Source of the DNA: an uncultured Lachnospiraceae bacterium
GTDB lineage: Bacteria; Bacillota; Clostridia; Christensenellales; UBA1242
DNA: 64,000 bases
Direction of reading: 5' to 3'
NCBI GenBank assembly: GCA_964600435.1
Contig: CAZRJB010000007.1
Location: forward strand, 278-64,277
Under the pieces are notes generated by a model. That model was given only the letters and a program-made list of their open reading frames with translations, was not told the origin of the DNA and did not search any database. A program made the translations under genes and the position numbers. Positions 1-9,183 of this stretch are shown here, piece after piece. Each line of letters starts with the position of its first letter. The stretch's first letter is position 1.

Positions 1-21
1 AAGTTTATCTAGGAGAATAAC

Positions 22-351
22 ATGCGACTAAAAGAGTTAAGAAAACAAAAAAAATTAACACAAGCAGAGGTTGCAAAAACATTAAATGTTGCAATTTCAA
101 CCTATAGCGGATATGAACTTGAAACCAGCGAGCCATCAATTTTAATGTTAAAAAAATTATCAAAACTATACAATGTTCCTGTTGATTACATAATTGACGC
201 TCCCAACAACGATTATTTTTTAGAATTGTGGAAATTATCTAACGAGCAACTTGAAAACTTTAAAATTATTGAAATGCTTAACAATCAAAACAACTCAATT
301 GCAAAGGGATATTTATATAGACTTTTGCAAGAACAAAATTCAACAAAATAG
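22..351 (+). CDS. XRE-family helix-turn-helix transcriptional regulator
   Basis: RLKELRKQKKLTQAEVAKTLNVAISTYSGYE...EPS is an HTH_3 signature; AGGAGA RBS upstream. Confidence 0.9.
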   Translation: MRLKELRKQKKLTQAEVAKTLNVAISTYSGYELETSEPSILMLKKLSKLYNVPVDYIIDAPNNDYFLELWKLSNEQLENFKIIEMLNNQNNSIAKGYLYRLLQEQNSTK

Positions 352-372
352 GTTTATGCAAAAAATGGCAAT

Positions 373-417
373 AAAAAAAATGGAGTGAAACCAAAAGTTT
401 TTACTCCATAATTTTTT
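373..417. terminator. Bidirectional intrinsic terminator between the XRE gene and recR
   Basis: Stem ATGGAGTGAAA/TTTTACTCCAT flanked by A and T tracts between convergent genes. Confidence 0.65.
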
Positions 418-438
418 ATAGTTTTTTATTTAATATAT

Positions 439-1029
439 TTACAAATTATTTCTTAACTCCATTGCACGGTTTAAAGTTACTTCGTCGGCATATTCAATGT
501 CTGTGCCCATGGACACACCTTGGGCAAGTCTTGTTACTTTAACTCCAAAAGGTTTTAAAAGTTCAGCAATATAATATGCAGTTGTGTCGCCAGGGACATC
601 TGGATTGGTTGCCATAACAACTTCTTTTGTGTGATGTTTTTGAACTCTTGCAACCAACTCTTTTATTCTGATATCGTTTGGCGATTTATGCTCCAACGGA
701 TTAATGCATCCATGCAAAACATGAAAAGCACCGTTATAGTTTTTAAGTTTTTCCATTACAGCAATATCTTTAGGTTCAGCAACAACACAAATTGTTTCAC
801 AATTGTTTTTTAAGCAGTGGTCACAAATTTCGGTTTCGGAAAAGTTTCCACACTCTTTGCAAAAATGAATTTTTTGTTTTGCATTTATCATGCTTTGAGC
901 AAAAGTTTGAACATCTTCTTTGTCCATGTTTAGCACGCCGTAGGCATATCTTTGAGCGGTTTTATATCCAACACCGGGCAATGCGCGAAAAGCCGAAATA
1001 AGTTTTTCTAAACTTTCTATATTATTCAT
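439..1029 (-). CDS. recR: Recombination mediator RecR
   Basis: LPGVGYKTAQR HhH motif, CxxC...CxxC zinc finger, Toprim domain (EVVMATNP, VTRLAQG, EYADEVTL); dnaX-ebfC-recR synteny. Confidence 0.97.
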   Translation of the reverse strand: MNNIESLEKLISAFRALPGVGYKTAQRYAYGVLNMDKEDVQTFAQSMINAKQKIHFCKECGNFSETEICDHCLKNNCETICVVAEPKDIAVMEKLKNYNGAFHVLHGCINPLEHKSPNDIRIKELVARVQKHHTKEVVMATNPDVPGDTTAYYIAELLKPFGVKVTRLAQGVSMGTDIEYADEVTLNRAMELRNNL

Positions 1030-1112
1030 TAAAAAATCCTTTTAAAAAATTATTAAAAATATTTTAAAAAAATATATTATTTAATTTATTTTTAATTAAT
1101 CACTTAATTATT

Positions 1113-1442
1113 TTACATTCCTGGAATTTGAGGGATGGTTGATTTTTCTTCTTTTTCAATTTGAGCAAGAGCATCATTTACGCCTGCGGTAATTAAATCT
1201 TGCAAGGTTTCCACATCATCTGGGTCAACAACTGCTTGTTTTATTGAAATGTTTTTAACTTTTCTATCTCCAGTCATAACAACAACAACCATGCCACCGC
1301 CAACTGATGCAGTAAACTCTTTGCTTTCTAGTTCTTCTTTTGCTTTTTGCATGTCTTCTTGCATTTTTTGTGCTTGACGCATTATGTTTTGTAAATTTGC
1401 GCCACCAAATCCGCCACCAAATCCACCTTTAAAATTATTCAT
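1113..1442 (-). CDS. ebfC: YbaB/EbfC nucleoid-associated protein
   Basis: MRQAQKMQEDM...GGGMV...VDPDDVETLQDLITAGVNDAL; located between dnaX and recR. Confidence 0.95.
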   Translation of the reverse strand: MNNFKGGFGGGFGGANLQNIMRQAQKMQEDMQKAKEELESKEFTASVGGGMVVVVMTGDRKVKNISIKQAVVDPDDVETLQDLITAGVNDALAQIEKEEKSTIPQIPGM

Positions 1443-1496
1443 TAAATAAATCTCCTTTTTTTATTAAATTTAAAATAAATTAAAAAATATTAAATT

Positions 1497-1886
1497 TTAT
1501 TCTTCAATAATTAATTTATTTCCAAAAATGTTTTTTAATTTTGCTAAATCTTCTTGACTTTTCGACAAAATTTTTTCTTTTTTAATAATTTTGAAATTTT
1601 TTATTCCAAAATTGTTTAATGCTGAATTTAATTCTTTATAATTATCTTCTGATTTTAACAAATCATATAAAAAATCTTCTGTTGTGTTTATATAAAAAGT
1701 GTCATCAACTTTTTCTACATCTGTAATATCTCCACATGCAATATGGAGAGCCACAAGATGATGTTCTCTTAAAAACACAATAACCTTTCCCCAAATTGTT
1801 CTTGCAGACAATTTTTCACAACTGTTTTGGGCACTGCTAGCCATTTTTTGTGATATTAATTGCCCATATTCTAGTTTAGTTCGTTT
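1497..1886 (-). CDS. dnaX: Probable C-terminal (tau-specific) part of DnaX, in the -1 frame relative to the upstream dnaX ORF
   Basis: Frame is open from the A10 run (1884-1893) through KRTKLEYGQLISQKMASSAQ...NIFGNKLIIEE; no SD before ATG 1844; end resembles Firmicute DnaX C-termini; sits between dnaX and ebfC. Confidence 0.7.
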   Translation of the reverse strand, partial: KRTKLEYGQLISQKMASSAQNSCEKLSARTIWGKVIVFLREHHLVALHIACGDITDVEKVDDTFYINTTEDFLYDLLKSEDNYKELNSALNNFGIKNFKIIKKEKILSKSQEDLAKLKNIFGNKLIIEE

Positions 1887-2989
1887 TTTTTTTGCATTTC
1901 ACCAACTTCACTTATTGCTGTAACAATTGCAGTTTCGAGCAATGTTTTTGGTGAAAGAGCATATTTCATTTCTGCTTCTATGCTAGAAAATATTTTCATA
2001 TATTCCATCAAATCGTTGTTTGATATTTGATTTGATTGTTGTTTTAAAAGCATAAGTGATTCATTTGACAAAGGAATCATGGACTCGCCTTCTTCACAAT
2101 TTTTTAAACATAAAAGATTTCTTGCATGTAATGTTAAATTTTTTGCAAAAACCATCATGTTTTTGCCGGCATTAAAATTGTTCTGCAAAACCTCTAGGGC
2201 ATTGCCAATTTCTTTTTTGTTTAGCGCTTCAAACAATTGAACATATTCTTTTGTGTCGCTTGTTCCCAAAACTTTTTGGGCGCCTTCTAGGTCAATTTTG
2301 CCCTGACAAAAAGCACTAACACAGTCGGCAACAGAAATTGTGTCACGGCAACTGCCTTCGCCCGCAAGGGCAATAAGTTTTAAAGCATCCTCAGAACAAA
2401 CAATGCCTTCCTTTTTAAAAATCCCCCTAATCAAATCCATTAAAGTGTTAACTGGAATAAGCCTAAAATCAAACCTCATGCAGCGAGACAAAATTGTTTG
2501 TGGCAGTTTGTGAACTTCTGTTGTTGCCAAAATAAAGATTATATGTTCTGGTGGTTCTTCAAGTGTTTTTAAAAGAGCATTAAATGCTTGGTCGGTTAAC
2601 ATATGAACTTCGTCAATAATATATACTTTAAATTTGCCGTTAACAGGCAAAAACTTAACCTTTTCTCTAATGTCTCGAATTTCGTCAACACGGTTGTTTG
2701 ATGCAGCATCAATTTCAATAACATCCACATTGTTGGACTGCTCCAAACTTTTGCACACCGAACATTCAAAGCATGGTTCACCGCCAATGTTGTGCAAACA
2801 GTTAACCGCTTTTGCAAAAATTTTTGCAGTGCTTGTTTTGCCTGTTCCACGACTGCCAGTAAACAAATATGCATGATTTATGTTTCCGCTTGCAACTTGA
2901 TGTTTAAGTGTTTCTGTTATATGTTCTTGCCCCACAACTTCTGAAAATGTTGTTGGACGATATTTGCGATACAGCGCTTTATATGCCAT
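1871..2989 (-). CDS. dnaX: DNA polymerase III subunit gamma/tau, N-terminal 372 aa (gamma-like)
   Basis: MAYKALYRKYRP, GSRGTGKTS Walker A, EIDAASN, IIDEVHML, SRC motif; AAAAGGA RBS before ATG 2989. Confidence 0.97.
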   Translation of the reverse strand: MAYKALYRKYRPTTFSEVVGQEHITETLKHQVASGNINHAYLFTGSRGTGKTSTAKIFAKAVNCLHNIGGEPCFECSVCKSLEQSNNVDVIEIDAASNNRVDEIRDIREKVKFLPVNGKFKVYIIDEVHMLTDQAFNALLKTLEEPPEHIIFILATTEVHKLPQTILSRCMRFDFRLIPVNTLMDLIRGIFKKEGIVCSEDALKLIALAGEGSCRDTISVADCVSAFCQGKIDLEGAQKVLGTSDTKEYVQLFEALNKKEIGNALEVLQNNFNAGKNMMVFAKNLTLHARNLLCLKNCEEGESMIPLSNESLMLLKQQSNQISNNDLMEYMKIFSSIEAEMKYALSPKTLLETAIVTAISEVGEMQKKNELN

Positions 2990-3030
2990 TGTTGTTCCTT
3001 TTATTAAAATGTTTTTTTCTAAACAAGCAA

Positions 3031-3059
3031 ATTGTAGCATATAAAAATTAAAAAGGCAA
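3031..3059 (-). promoter_or_regulatory. sigmaA promoter of dnaX operon
   Basis: TTGCCT-17 bp-TACAAT with extended TG. Confidence 0.65.
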
Positions 3060-3160
3060 GAAATTGAAATATCTTGGCGTTAATAAATTTTTTTGTTTGC
3101 AAAACCAACGTTTTTATTATGTTGGTTTTTTAACATATCAGAAAATCATCAACAATTTTA

Positions 3161-3278
3161 GGGTTTGCAAGCAAGCCCTTCGCCGTTAAATTTAATTTGC
3201 ATTAAATTTGGGCTCTTGCCACCGCTGGTGGCAAGAGCCCGCATGCGGAGCATGCACGGCGAAGGGGCGCCTATGCGC
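3161..3278. repeat. GC-rich multi-hairpin palindromic element
   Basis: Outer stem CCCTTCGCCGT/ACGGCGAAGGG enclosing hairpins of 9, 14 and 6 bp. Confidence 0.7.
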
Positions 3279-4752
3279 AACCAATCACCTCTTCCCCATT
3301 AAACCAAGAATTGAAAAAACTTGTCAAATTTTTTCCACTGGCTTTGTTAAAAGCAAAAACCAAATCGTCCGGAGTCGCTTCTTTAAACTTGTTGCATTCA
3401 AAATAATAACTCAAACACTTGGTCATTTTTGATGTTCCAAGCAAATCTTTCAAATTTGCAAAAAGCAGCATTCCTTTAACATATGATAAATAAACATATT
3501 CGTTTTCAGTTGAAAACTGATTCAAACTTCTAATCATGTTTGTTGAAAAATTTGGCACAACATCTTTATACACCTTAACAAAATTTACATACATTTTTGT
3601 AGCATTGTTAAAAATCTCACTGCTAGAATGCCCATATTCAGGATATTCATCATAAAACAAAGCAGTTGTAAAATCGGTTAACCCCTCATCCAAAAACCCA
3701 TATTTATATTGATTGTTTCCAACAATACCATACCACCACTGATGACACAATTCATGCACAACCACATTGTTGTATGTATCTTGGTCAGCCAAACAATCAG
3801 AAACCAAAACCAAATTTGGATATTCCATACCACCATGAACAAAATTTGCTTCGCAAACCGACAACGTTTCATATGGATATTTCCCATATTTTTCATTCAT
3901 CGACAAAACCTTTTTAATTATTTCCATTGTAGATGTTGGCGCTTTGTCACCATAATAGAAATAACTAATTGAAACATCTTTATATGTATCACACAACGTT
4001 GTAAATTTTTCCGACAACACCATTGCAAAATCTCTAACTTTGTTTGCAGAAATTTTGGCTGTTTTAAAATCGCCGTCATCACTCACAACTTGACTACCCG
4101 AACATGCCAAAACAAACTCCTTAGGATATGTAATCGAAACATTATAGTTTGCAATTTTGCTATAAAACGGGTCGCCATTTGAGTTATATAAATCGGTTAC
4201 AAATTCGCCGTTTTCATAAACACACAAAACGGGATAAAAATTGCAAATGTTGATTGTGTTATCTCCGTAGCCAAGCCTGTGATTTATGTTTGCAAGAGTG
4301 GTTGAAAAACCAATTTCAAACTCCAACAACTCGTCCGGATATAGTTCTTTTCCAAATTCCACAACCAAAATATTTTCGTCTTCGCCAGAAATAGAAAATT
4401 CTGCACTTAACCCACCAACACAAACCGACTCAATGTCAATTTTTCCATAACTTTTGCCGTTTGGATATGCCTTAACTTGGTTTGCGAGTGACACAACCGA
4501 CGCTTTTGCATTCTCCCTAAATGCGTTTGGATACAAATGTAAACTCACATTTGTTAAAACATTATCTGTATAGTTATAAAACCCAACTGTTTCCTTGCCT
4601 TCAATTTTTTTGTTTTGATTGTTAAACACCAAGGTTTGGTTATAGTAGCAAAATTGCTCAGTTTGACCTAAATTGTTTGCACAAACAGCAAAAATGCCAA
4701 CAGCAATACCAAAAACACAAACACCCAACACAATCCATTTTTTATTTTTCAT
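3271..4752 (-). CDS. Secreted or membrane-anchored M1-family zinc aminopeptidase
   Basis: GGMEYP motif, HELCH(x18)E zinc motif (LDEGL), YVKG; N-terminal hydrophobic signal. Confidence 0.92.
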   Translation of the reverse strand: MKNKKWIVLGVCVFGIAVGIFAVCANNLGQTEQFCYYNQTLVFNNQNKKIEGKETVGFYNYTDNVLTNVSLHLYPNAFRENAKASVVSLANQVKAYPNGKSYGKIDIESVCVGGLSAEFSISGEDENILVVEFGKELYPDELLEFEIGFSTTLANINHRLGYGDNTINICNFYPVLCVYENGEFVTDLYNSNGDPFYSKIANYNVSITYPKEFVLACSGSQVVSDDGDFKTAKISANKVRDFAMVLSEKFTTLCDTYKDVSISYFYYGDKAPTSTMEIIKKVLSMNEKYGKYPYETLSVCEANFVHGGMEYPNLVLVSDCLADQDTYNNVVVHELCHQWWYGIVGNNQYKYGFLDEGLTDFTTALFYDEYPEYGHSSSEIFNNATKMYVNFVKVYKDVVPNFSTNMIRSLNQFSTENEYVYLSYVKGMLLFANLKDLLGTSKMTKCLSYYFECNKFKEATPDDLVFAFNKASGKNLTSFFNSWFNGEEVIGCA

Positions 4753-4758
4753 ATCGTA

Positions 4759-4787
4759 AATGTATGAAATTAATAATATTATTATGA
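4759..4787 (-). promoter_or_regulatory. sigmaE-type promoter abutting the peptidase start codon
   Basis: TCATAAT-14 bp-CATACATT, then 6 nt to ATG. Confidence 0.65.
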
Positions 4788-4873
4788 TTAAATATTAAAG
4801 CACTTGCAGTTTTTTGATGAACTGTGCTAAAATAAACATCGAAAATTATTATTCTAAACAAAAGGAAATCATT

Positions 4874-6331
4874 ATGCCATTTTGCCAATTTTCTTCAGAA
4901 AGTGTAATTTCTAACACAACAAATGTTGATAATGTTTTTATTAACGAATTTTTGCCATATGCCAATGACGCATGTGTTAAAGTATATTTATATGGCTTAT
5001 ATAAATGCAACACTCCCAACACATACGACAACACTCTAGAGGCATTTTCAAACATTTTAGGAATGGACACAGAAGACGTTTACTCCGCATTTTTATATTG
5101 GCAAGACCAAGGCCTTGTTCAAGTTTTGGCAACCGAACCATTTGAAGTTGTATACAACCCAATAAAAAGTGCAATCACCACAACAAAAAAATATAACAAA
5201 GATAAATATGCCGACTTTAACATGCAACTTGAATCAATTTTTAAAGGCAGAAACATAACCTTAAACGAATATTATCAATACTATGAGTTTATGGAAGTTT
5301 ATCACATGGAACCAGAAGCTTTGGTTTTAATAATGGAATATTGCACACGTGCAAAGGGTCCAAAAATTGGATATAGCTACATTTTAACAATTGCAAAAAA
5401 CTGGGCATATGACGGCATAACATCTTATGAAAAAGTTGACCAAAAACTTCAAGAACTAGAACAAAACTCTAGCCAAATTGGCGAACTTTTTGCAGTTTTG
5501 TCAATCAAACGTGTTGCAACTTTAGACGAAAAAGAATTGCTAAACAAGTGGCGTCAAGAATATGACTTTTCTTTTGAAACCATTCTAGGTGTTTGCAAAC
5601 TCTACAAAAAGAAAAAACTTAAACTTAACAATTTTGAAAAATTAGATGTTGTTTTAACAAAATATTACGAAATGAAACTTACATCTTTAAAAGAAATAGA
5701 AAACTACGAGTCAGAAAAAGAAGGGCTTTACAAAATTAGCAGGCAAATTTGCAAAAGCCTTGGCCTTTATTACGATAATATTGAACCAGTTAGTTCAAAC
5801 TACACACAAAAATGGGTTTTAATGGGTTTTGGCGACGAAGTTTTGTTTTCAATTGCAAACTACTGTTTTAAATCGGCAATCAGAAACCTAGACGGAATGG
5901 ATGATGTTATAAACAAATTTTTTAAACTTGGCATTATAACCAGCGACGCTTTGAATCAATATTTTGAAAACATTTTAAAAATTGACAACAACATTAAACA
6001 AATTTTAGACTCTTTGGGCCTTGTTAGAAATGTTAACAAGTTTGATAGAGATTTTTATAAAACTTGGGTAGAAGAATGGCAAATGCCAACCGAACTTATA
6101 GCCCATGCAATTGAACAATCCAAAGATAAATATAATCCAATGCAATACCTAAACAAACTGCTCTCACTTTGGCACTCAAACAATGTTCAAACAATTGAGC
6201 AAGCAAACAAGCATGTTTTGTCCACTCCTTCCGCAAAACCAACAACCCCTGCCCGCAACTATCAAAACCGAGACTATTCAAAAACAGACTTAAATGCTTT
6301 GTTTGATAATTTGGAAGAAATAGATTTATAA
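4874..6331 (+). CDS. DnaD/DnaB-domain replication protein (multiple DnaD repeats)
   Basis: VDNVFINEFLP...VKVYLYGL; repeated YILTIAKNW and YLNKLLSLW motifs; C-terminal YQNRDYS; AAGGA RBS before ATG 4874. Confidence 0.85.
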   Translation: MPFCQFSSESVISNTTNVDNVFINEFLPYANDACVKVYLYGLYKCNTPNTYDNTLEAFSNILGMDTEDVYSAFLYWQDQGLVQVLATEPFEVVYNPIKSAITTTKKYNKDKYADFNMQLESIFKGRNITLNEYYQYYEFMEVYHMEPEALVLIMEYCTRAKGPKIGYSYILTIAKNWAYDGITSYEKVDQKLQELEQNSSQIGELFAVLSIKRVATLDEKELLNKWRQEYDFSFETILGVCKLYKKKKLKLNNFEKLDVVLTKYYEMKLTSLKEIENYESEKEGLYKISRQICKSLGLYYDNIEPVSSNYTQKWVLMGFGDEVLFSIANYCFKSAIRNLDGMDDVINKFFKLGIITSDALNQYFENILKIDNNIKQILDSLGLVRNVNKFDRDFYKTWVEEWQMPTELIAHAIEQSKDKYNPMQYLNKLLSLWHSNNVQTIEQANKHVLSTPSAKPTTPARNYQNRDYSKTDLNALFDNLEEIDL

Positions 6332-6344
6332 AAAGGATAAAAAG

Positions 6345-7238
6345 ATGACTGATAAAATTTTAAAAAATGCAATGACAAAAATTGACAAAAAACGCCAAGA
6401 AGCCGAAGACCGTGCCCGCCAAAACTTGCAAGAAGCCTATAAAAATGAGCAGTTTAAAAATTTGTATAACAAACAAAAAAGTTTGGAAATTGAAATTGCA
6501 AGAAAACAAGCATATGGCGAATCAGTAAACACAACTGAGTTATCTCTTGTTTTGCAAGAAATTGAATTTTGCTTGAAAAAGATTGGTTTAAACGGAACAG
6601 ACATAAAACCAAACTACGAATGCAAAGACTGCAACGACACTGGTTACATCAACGGCTCTGTTTGCAATTGCCTAAAAAAAGAAATAAACAAAGAACTTTT
6701 GTCGTTTAGCGGTTTTTCTCACACACTTGCAACTTTTGAAGATGACAAGTTTAACAACCCCGCTTTTGAATTAATGAAAAAATGGTGCGAAGTTAAAAGC
6801 AATAAAACAAACATTTTAATTTGTGGGCACACTGGCACAGGCAAAACATTTTTAACCGAATGCATTGCCAGCAAACTAATAAGCCAATATAAATTGGTTT
6901 TGTTTACAACCGCATTCAACTTGAACAATGCAATGCTAAACTATCACATAAGTTTTGACTCCAACCGAGAAGAAAAACTAGACCCATACTTAAATTGTGA
7001 AGTGCTAATTATTGACGACCTTGGTTCAGAACCAATGCTTAAAAATGTAACACAAGAATATTTATATTTGATTATAAACGAGCGAATGTTTGCAAAAAAA
7101 CCAACCATTGTAACAACCAACTTAATGCCAACCGACATTTTAAACACATATGGCGAAAGAATTTTTTCTAGACTTTCCAACAAAAAAACATCAATAATGA
7201 TAAACTTAGAAAGCGAAGATTTAAGACTAAAAAAATAG
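6345..7238 (+). CDS. DnaC/DnaI-like helicase loader ATPase
   Basis: CKDCNDTG...CNC zinc motif, GHTGTGKT Walker A, LIIDDLGSE, TTNL, RIFSRL; follows the dnaD-like gene. Confidence 0.9.
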   Translation: MTDKILKNAMTKIDKKRQEAEDRARQNLQEAYKNEQFKNLYNKQKSLEIEIARKQAYGESVNTTELSLVLQEIEFCLKKIGLNGTDIKPNYECKDCNDTGYINGSVCNCLKKEINKELLSFSGFSHTLATFEDDKFNNPAFELMKKWCEVKSNKTNILICGHTGTGKTFLTECIASKLISQYKLVLFTTAFNLNNAMLNYHISFDSNREEKLDPYLNCEVLIIDDLGSEPMLKNVTQEYLYLIINERMFAKKPTIVTTNLMPTDILNTYGERIFSRLSNKKTSIMINLESEDLRLKK

Positions 7239-7246
7239 GAGAAAAA

Positions 7247-7840
7247 ATGGATATTCAAAAAAACAAGCAACAGTTTTTAGAAATTGCAAAAAACAACATA
7301 AAAAGAGAAGGCATTGACCTCCTTCTTGACTACCTTCAAAAAAGCGATTTTTTTGAAGCCCCAGCAAGCACAAAATTTCATTCAAGTGAAATTGGCGGGC
7401 TTTGTTATCACTCGCTTAATGTTTATAACCGATTTTTAAAAATGTTAAAAGATGAATATGGTGAAAATTGGCAAAACAAAATCAGTTTAGAAAGCGCAAC
7501 AATAATTGCTCTTTTTCACGACATTTGCAAAGTAAACTTGTATAAAACAGAATTTAGAAATGTTAAAGAAGACGGAGTTTGGGTGCAAAAACCAATTTTT
7601 GTAACAAACGACACTCTCCCATATGGGCATGGCGAAAAATCCGTTTACATTGTTAGTGGCTTTTTGCGTTTAACCAGAGAAGAAGCAATGTCAATAAATT
7701 GGCACATGGGCGGGTTTGACACTCGCGTTAAAGGCGGATTCTATGGGCTTGAAACGGTTTTTTATTCATTTCCAACCGCACTGCTTTTTCACATTGCTGA
7801 CATTCAAGCAACATATTTAGACGAAAAAATTAACAATTAA
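7247..7840 (+). CDS. HD-domain phosphohydrolase
   Basis: FFEAPASTKFH...GGLCYHSLNV, LFHDICK, GHGEKS, WHMG, HIAD. Confidence 0.9.
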   Translation: MDIQKNKQQFLEIAKNNIKREGIDLLLDYLQKSDFFEAPASTKFHSSEIGGLCYHSLNVYNRFLKMLKDEYGENWQNKISLESATIIALFHDICKVNLYKTEFRNVKEDGVWVQKPIFVTNDTLPYGHGEKSVYIVSGFLRLTREEAMSINWHMGGFDTRVKGGFYGLETVFYSFPTALLFHIADIQATYLDEKINN

Positions 7841-7907
7841 AATAATAGCAATAACAACCACACCAAATTCAAAATTGAAGTCCCCTCTTTTAAAAGCGGT
7901 TGGATGT

Positions 7908-8414
7908 TTACAAAATCCTACAAACCAAGCAAGAAACAATTGCTCCAAAAATTGATGCCAAAATTCCAACAGGAATTGCATATGAAAGTTTTTTTATTGA
8001 CGTTTTTGCCGTGTAAACAGTTGTAACATAAAACAATGTTTCGCTAGAACCCAAAATGCACGAGGCACATCTGGCAACATATGAATCCACTCCATATGTT
8101 GCATAAATATCATTTAGCAGTGCAAAACTCCCCGAACCAGTGAACGGCCTTAGCAAAACCAATTCACACACTTCTGTGGGAATTCCAAGCAAATTAAAAA
8201 TTGGGCTTAAAAGTTTAATTAACAAACTGCTCAGTCCACTTGCTCTAAAAAGGGCAACAGCCAGCAAAATTGCCACAATGTAAGGAAAAATATCCAAACA
8301 GAGCGAAAAGGCACCCTTTGCTCCGTCAATAAAAGTTTTATAAACATTAACCTTTTTAAAAAAGGCATAAACAAACAAAAAAACTAACAAAACAGGAAGA
8401 ATGTATGTGCTCAT
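7908..8414 (-). CDS. spmB: Spore maturation protein B
   Basis: VNVYKTFIDGAK, LLRPFTGSGS, GSSETLFYV; overlaps the spmA stop. Confidence 0.93.
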   Translation of the reverse strand: MSTYILPVLLVFLFVYAFFKKVNVYKTFIDGAKGAFSLCLDIFPYIVAILLAVALFRASGLSSLLIKLLSPIFNLLGIPTEVCELVLLRPFTGSGSFALLNDIYATYGVDSYVARCASCILGSSETLFYVTTVYTAKTSIKKLSYAIPVGILASIFGAIVSCLVCRIL

Positions 8415-8977
8415 AATTTCTTCCTTTTAAACTTGCTAAACAAAAACACAAGCAAAACAGCAAACACACAAGTTAGCAAACTAGAAACAATTGTTGGCAA
8501 AATTATATCGGTTGAACACAAACTACCAGCACTTTGCCTTAAGCCAATAACTGTTGTTGGTAAAAGTTGAATAGACACAGAATTAACAACCAAAAGCATA
8601 ATTGCCGAAAAAGACGCTTTTTGCGAGCCGTCATCTAGTTTTTGCATTGCACTTATTCCACTTGGTGTTGAAGCATTGCCCAACCCTAAAATGTTAGATG
8701 CCATGTTTATTGCAATAAACTTGTTTGCTTCGGAATTGTCAGATTTAAACAAAAACCTTATAACGGGCGAGAGCAATTTTTCCAACTTTTGCCCCAACCC
8801 ACTTTTGTCAACAATTTCAATAATTCCAAGCCAAATGGCATAAATTCCCAAAAGATTCACACACAATTCAACTGCCTGTTCACCTGAAGACAGCATTTCG
8901 CTAACAACCGCCTCAGGGTTTGTAAACAGCAACAAAACAATTGCAGGCAAAACCATAAAAAACCAAACTTTGCTCAT
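8411..8977 (-). CDS. spmA: Spore maturation protein A
   Basis: W-LG-I-EI, NMASNILGLGNASTPSGISAM, NSVSIQLLPTTVIGLR. Confidence 0.93.
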   Translation of the reverse strand: MSKVWFFMVLPAIVLLLFTNPEAVVSEMLSSGEQAVELCVNLLGIYAIWLGIIEIVDKSGLGQKLEKLLSPVIRFLFKSDNSEANKFIAINMASNILGLGNASTPSGISAMQKLDDGSQKASFSAIMLLVVNSVSIQLLPTTVIGLRQSAGSLCSTDIILPTIVSSLLTCVFAVLLVFLFSKFKRKKL

Positions 8978-9016
8978 AGCATATATATATGAGTTTGTTT
9001 TTTAATTTGATTACAC

Positions 9017-9178
9017 CTAATTGTTGCAGGAAATCTGATTTAAAATTGTTTGCAAATTTGTTGAAATTGCCGAAAACAAGTTTTTGTAAGCGCTTATCTC
9101 TTTAACAGATTTCTCTTTAGAAATATCAATTGCAATAATTGCACTAATCAGCACCAGTTTGTTTGGTTCAACTTTCAT
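9017..9178 (-). CDS. Small 53-aa protein below the ORF-track cutoff, DUF6774-like (putative sporulation protein)
   Basis: MKVEPNKLVLISAIIAIDISKEKSVKEISAYKNLFSAISTNLQTILNQISCNN*; amphipathic helical pattern; sigmaK-like promoter directly upstream. Confidence 0.65.
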   Translation of the reverse strand: MKVEPNKLVLISAIIAIDISKEKSVKEISAYKNLFSAISTNLQTILNQISCNN

Positions 9179-9183
9179 GTTAA

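Noticed and set aside
3060-3270. SRP RNA (scr/ffs), expected upstream of dnaX by synteny
   Set aside because: The helix-8 motif (CAGG...GGAA...AGCAG) is not present on either strand.
3208-3432. 74-aa plus-strand ORF across the GC-rich hairpin
   Set aside because: Artefact of the palindrome plus antisense overlap with the peptidase; TTG start without RBS.
4874-7840. Prophage or IS21 replication module (DnaD + IstB-like ATPase + HD)
   Set aside because: No integrase, IstA or structural genes nearby; this arrangement is a normal chromosomal helicase-loader locus in Clostridia.
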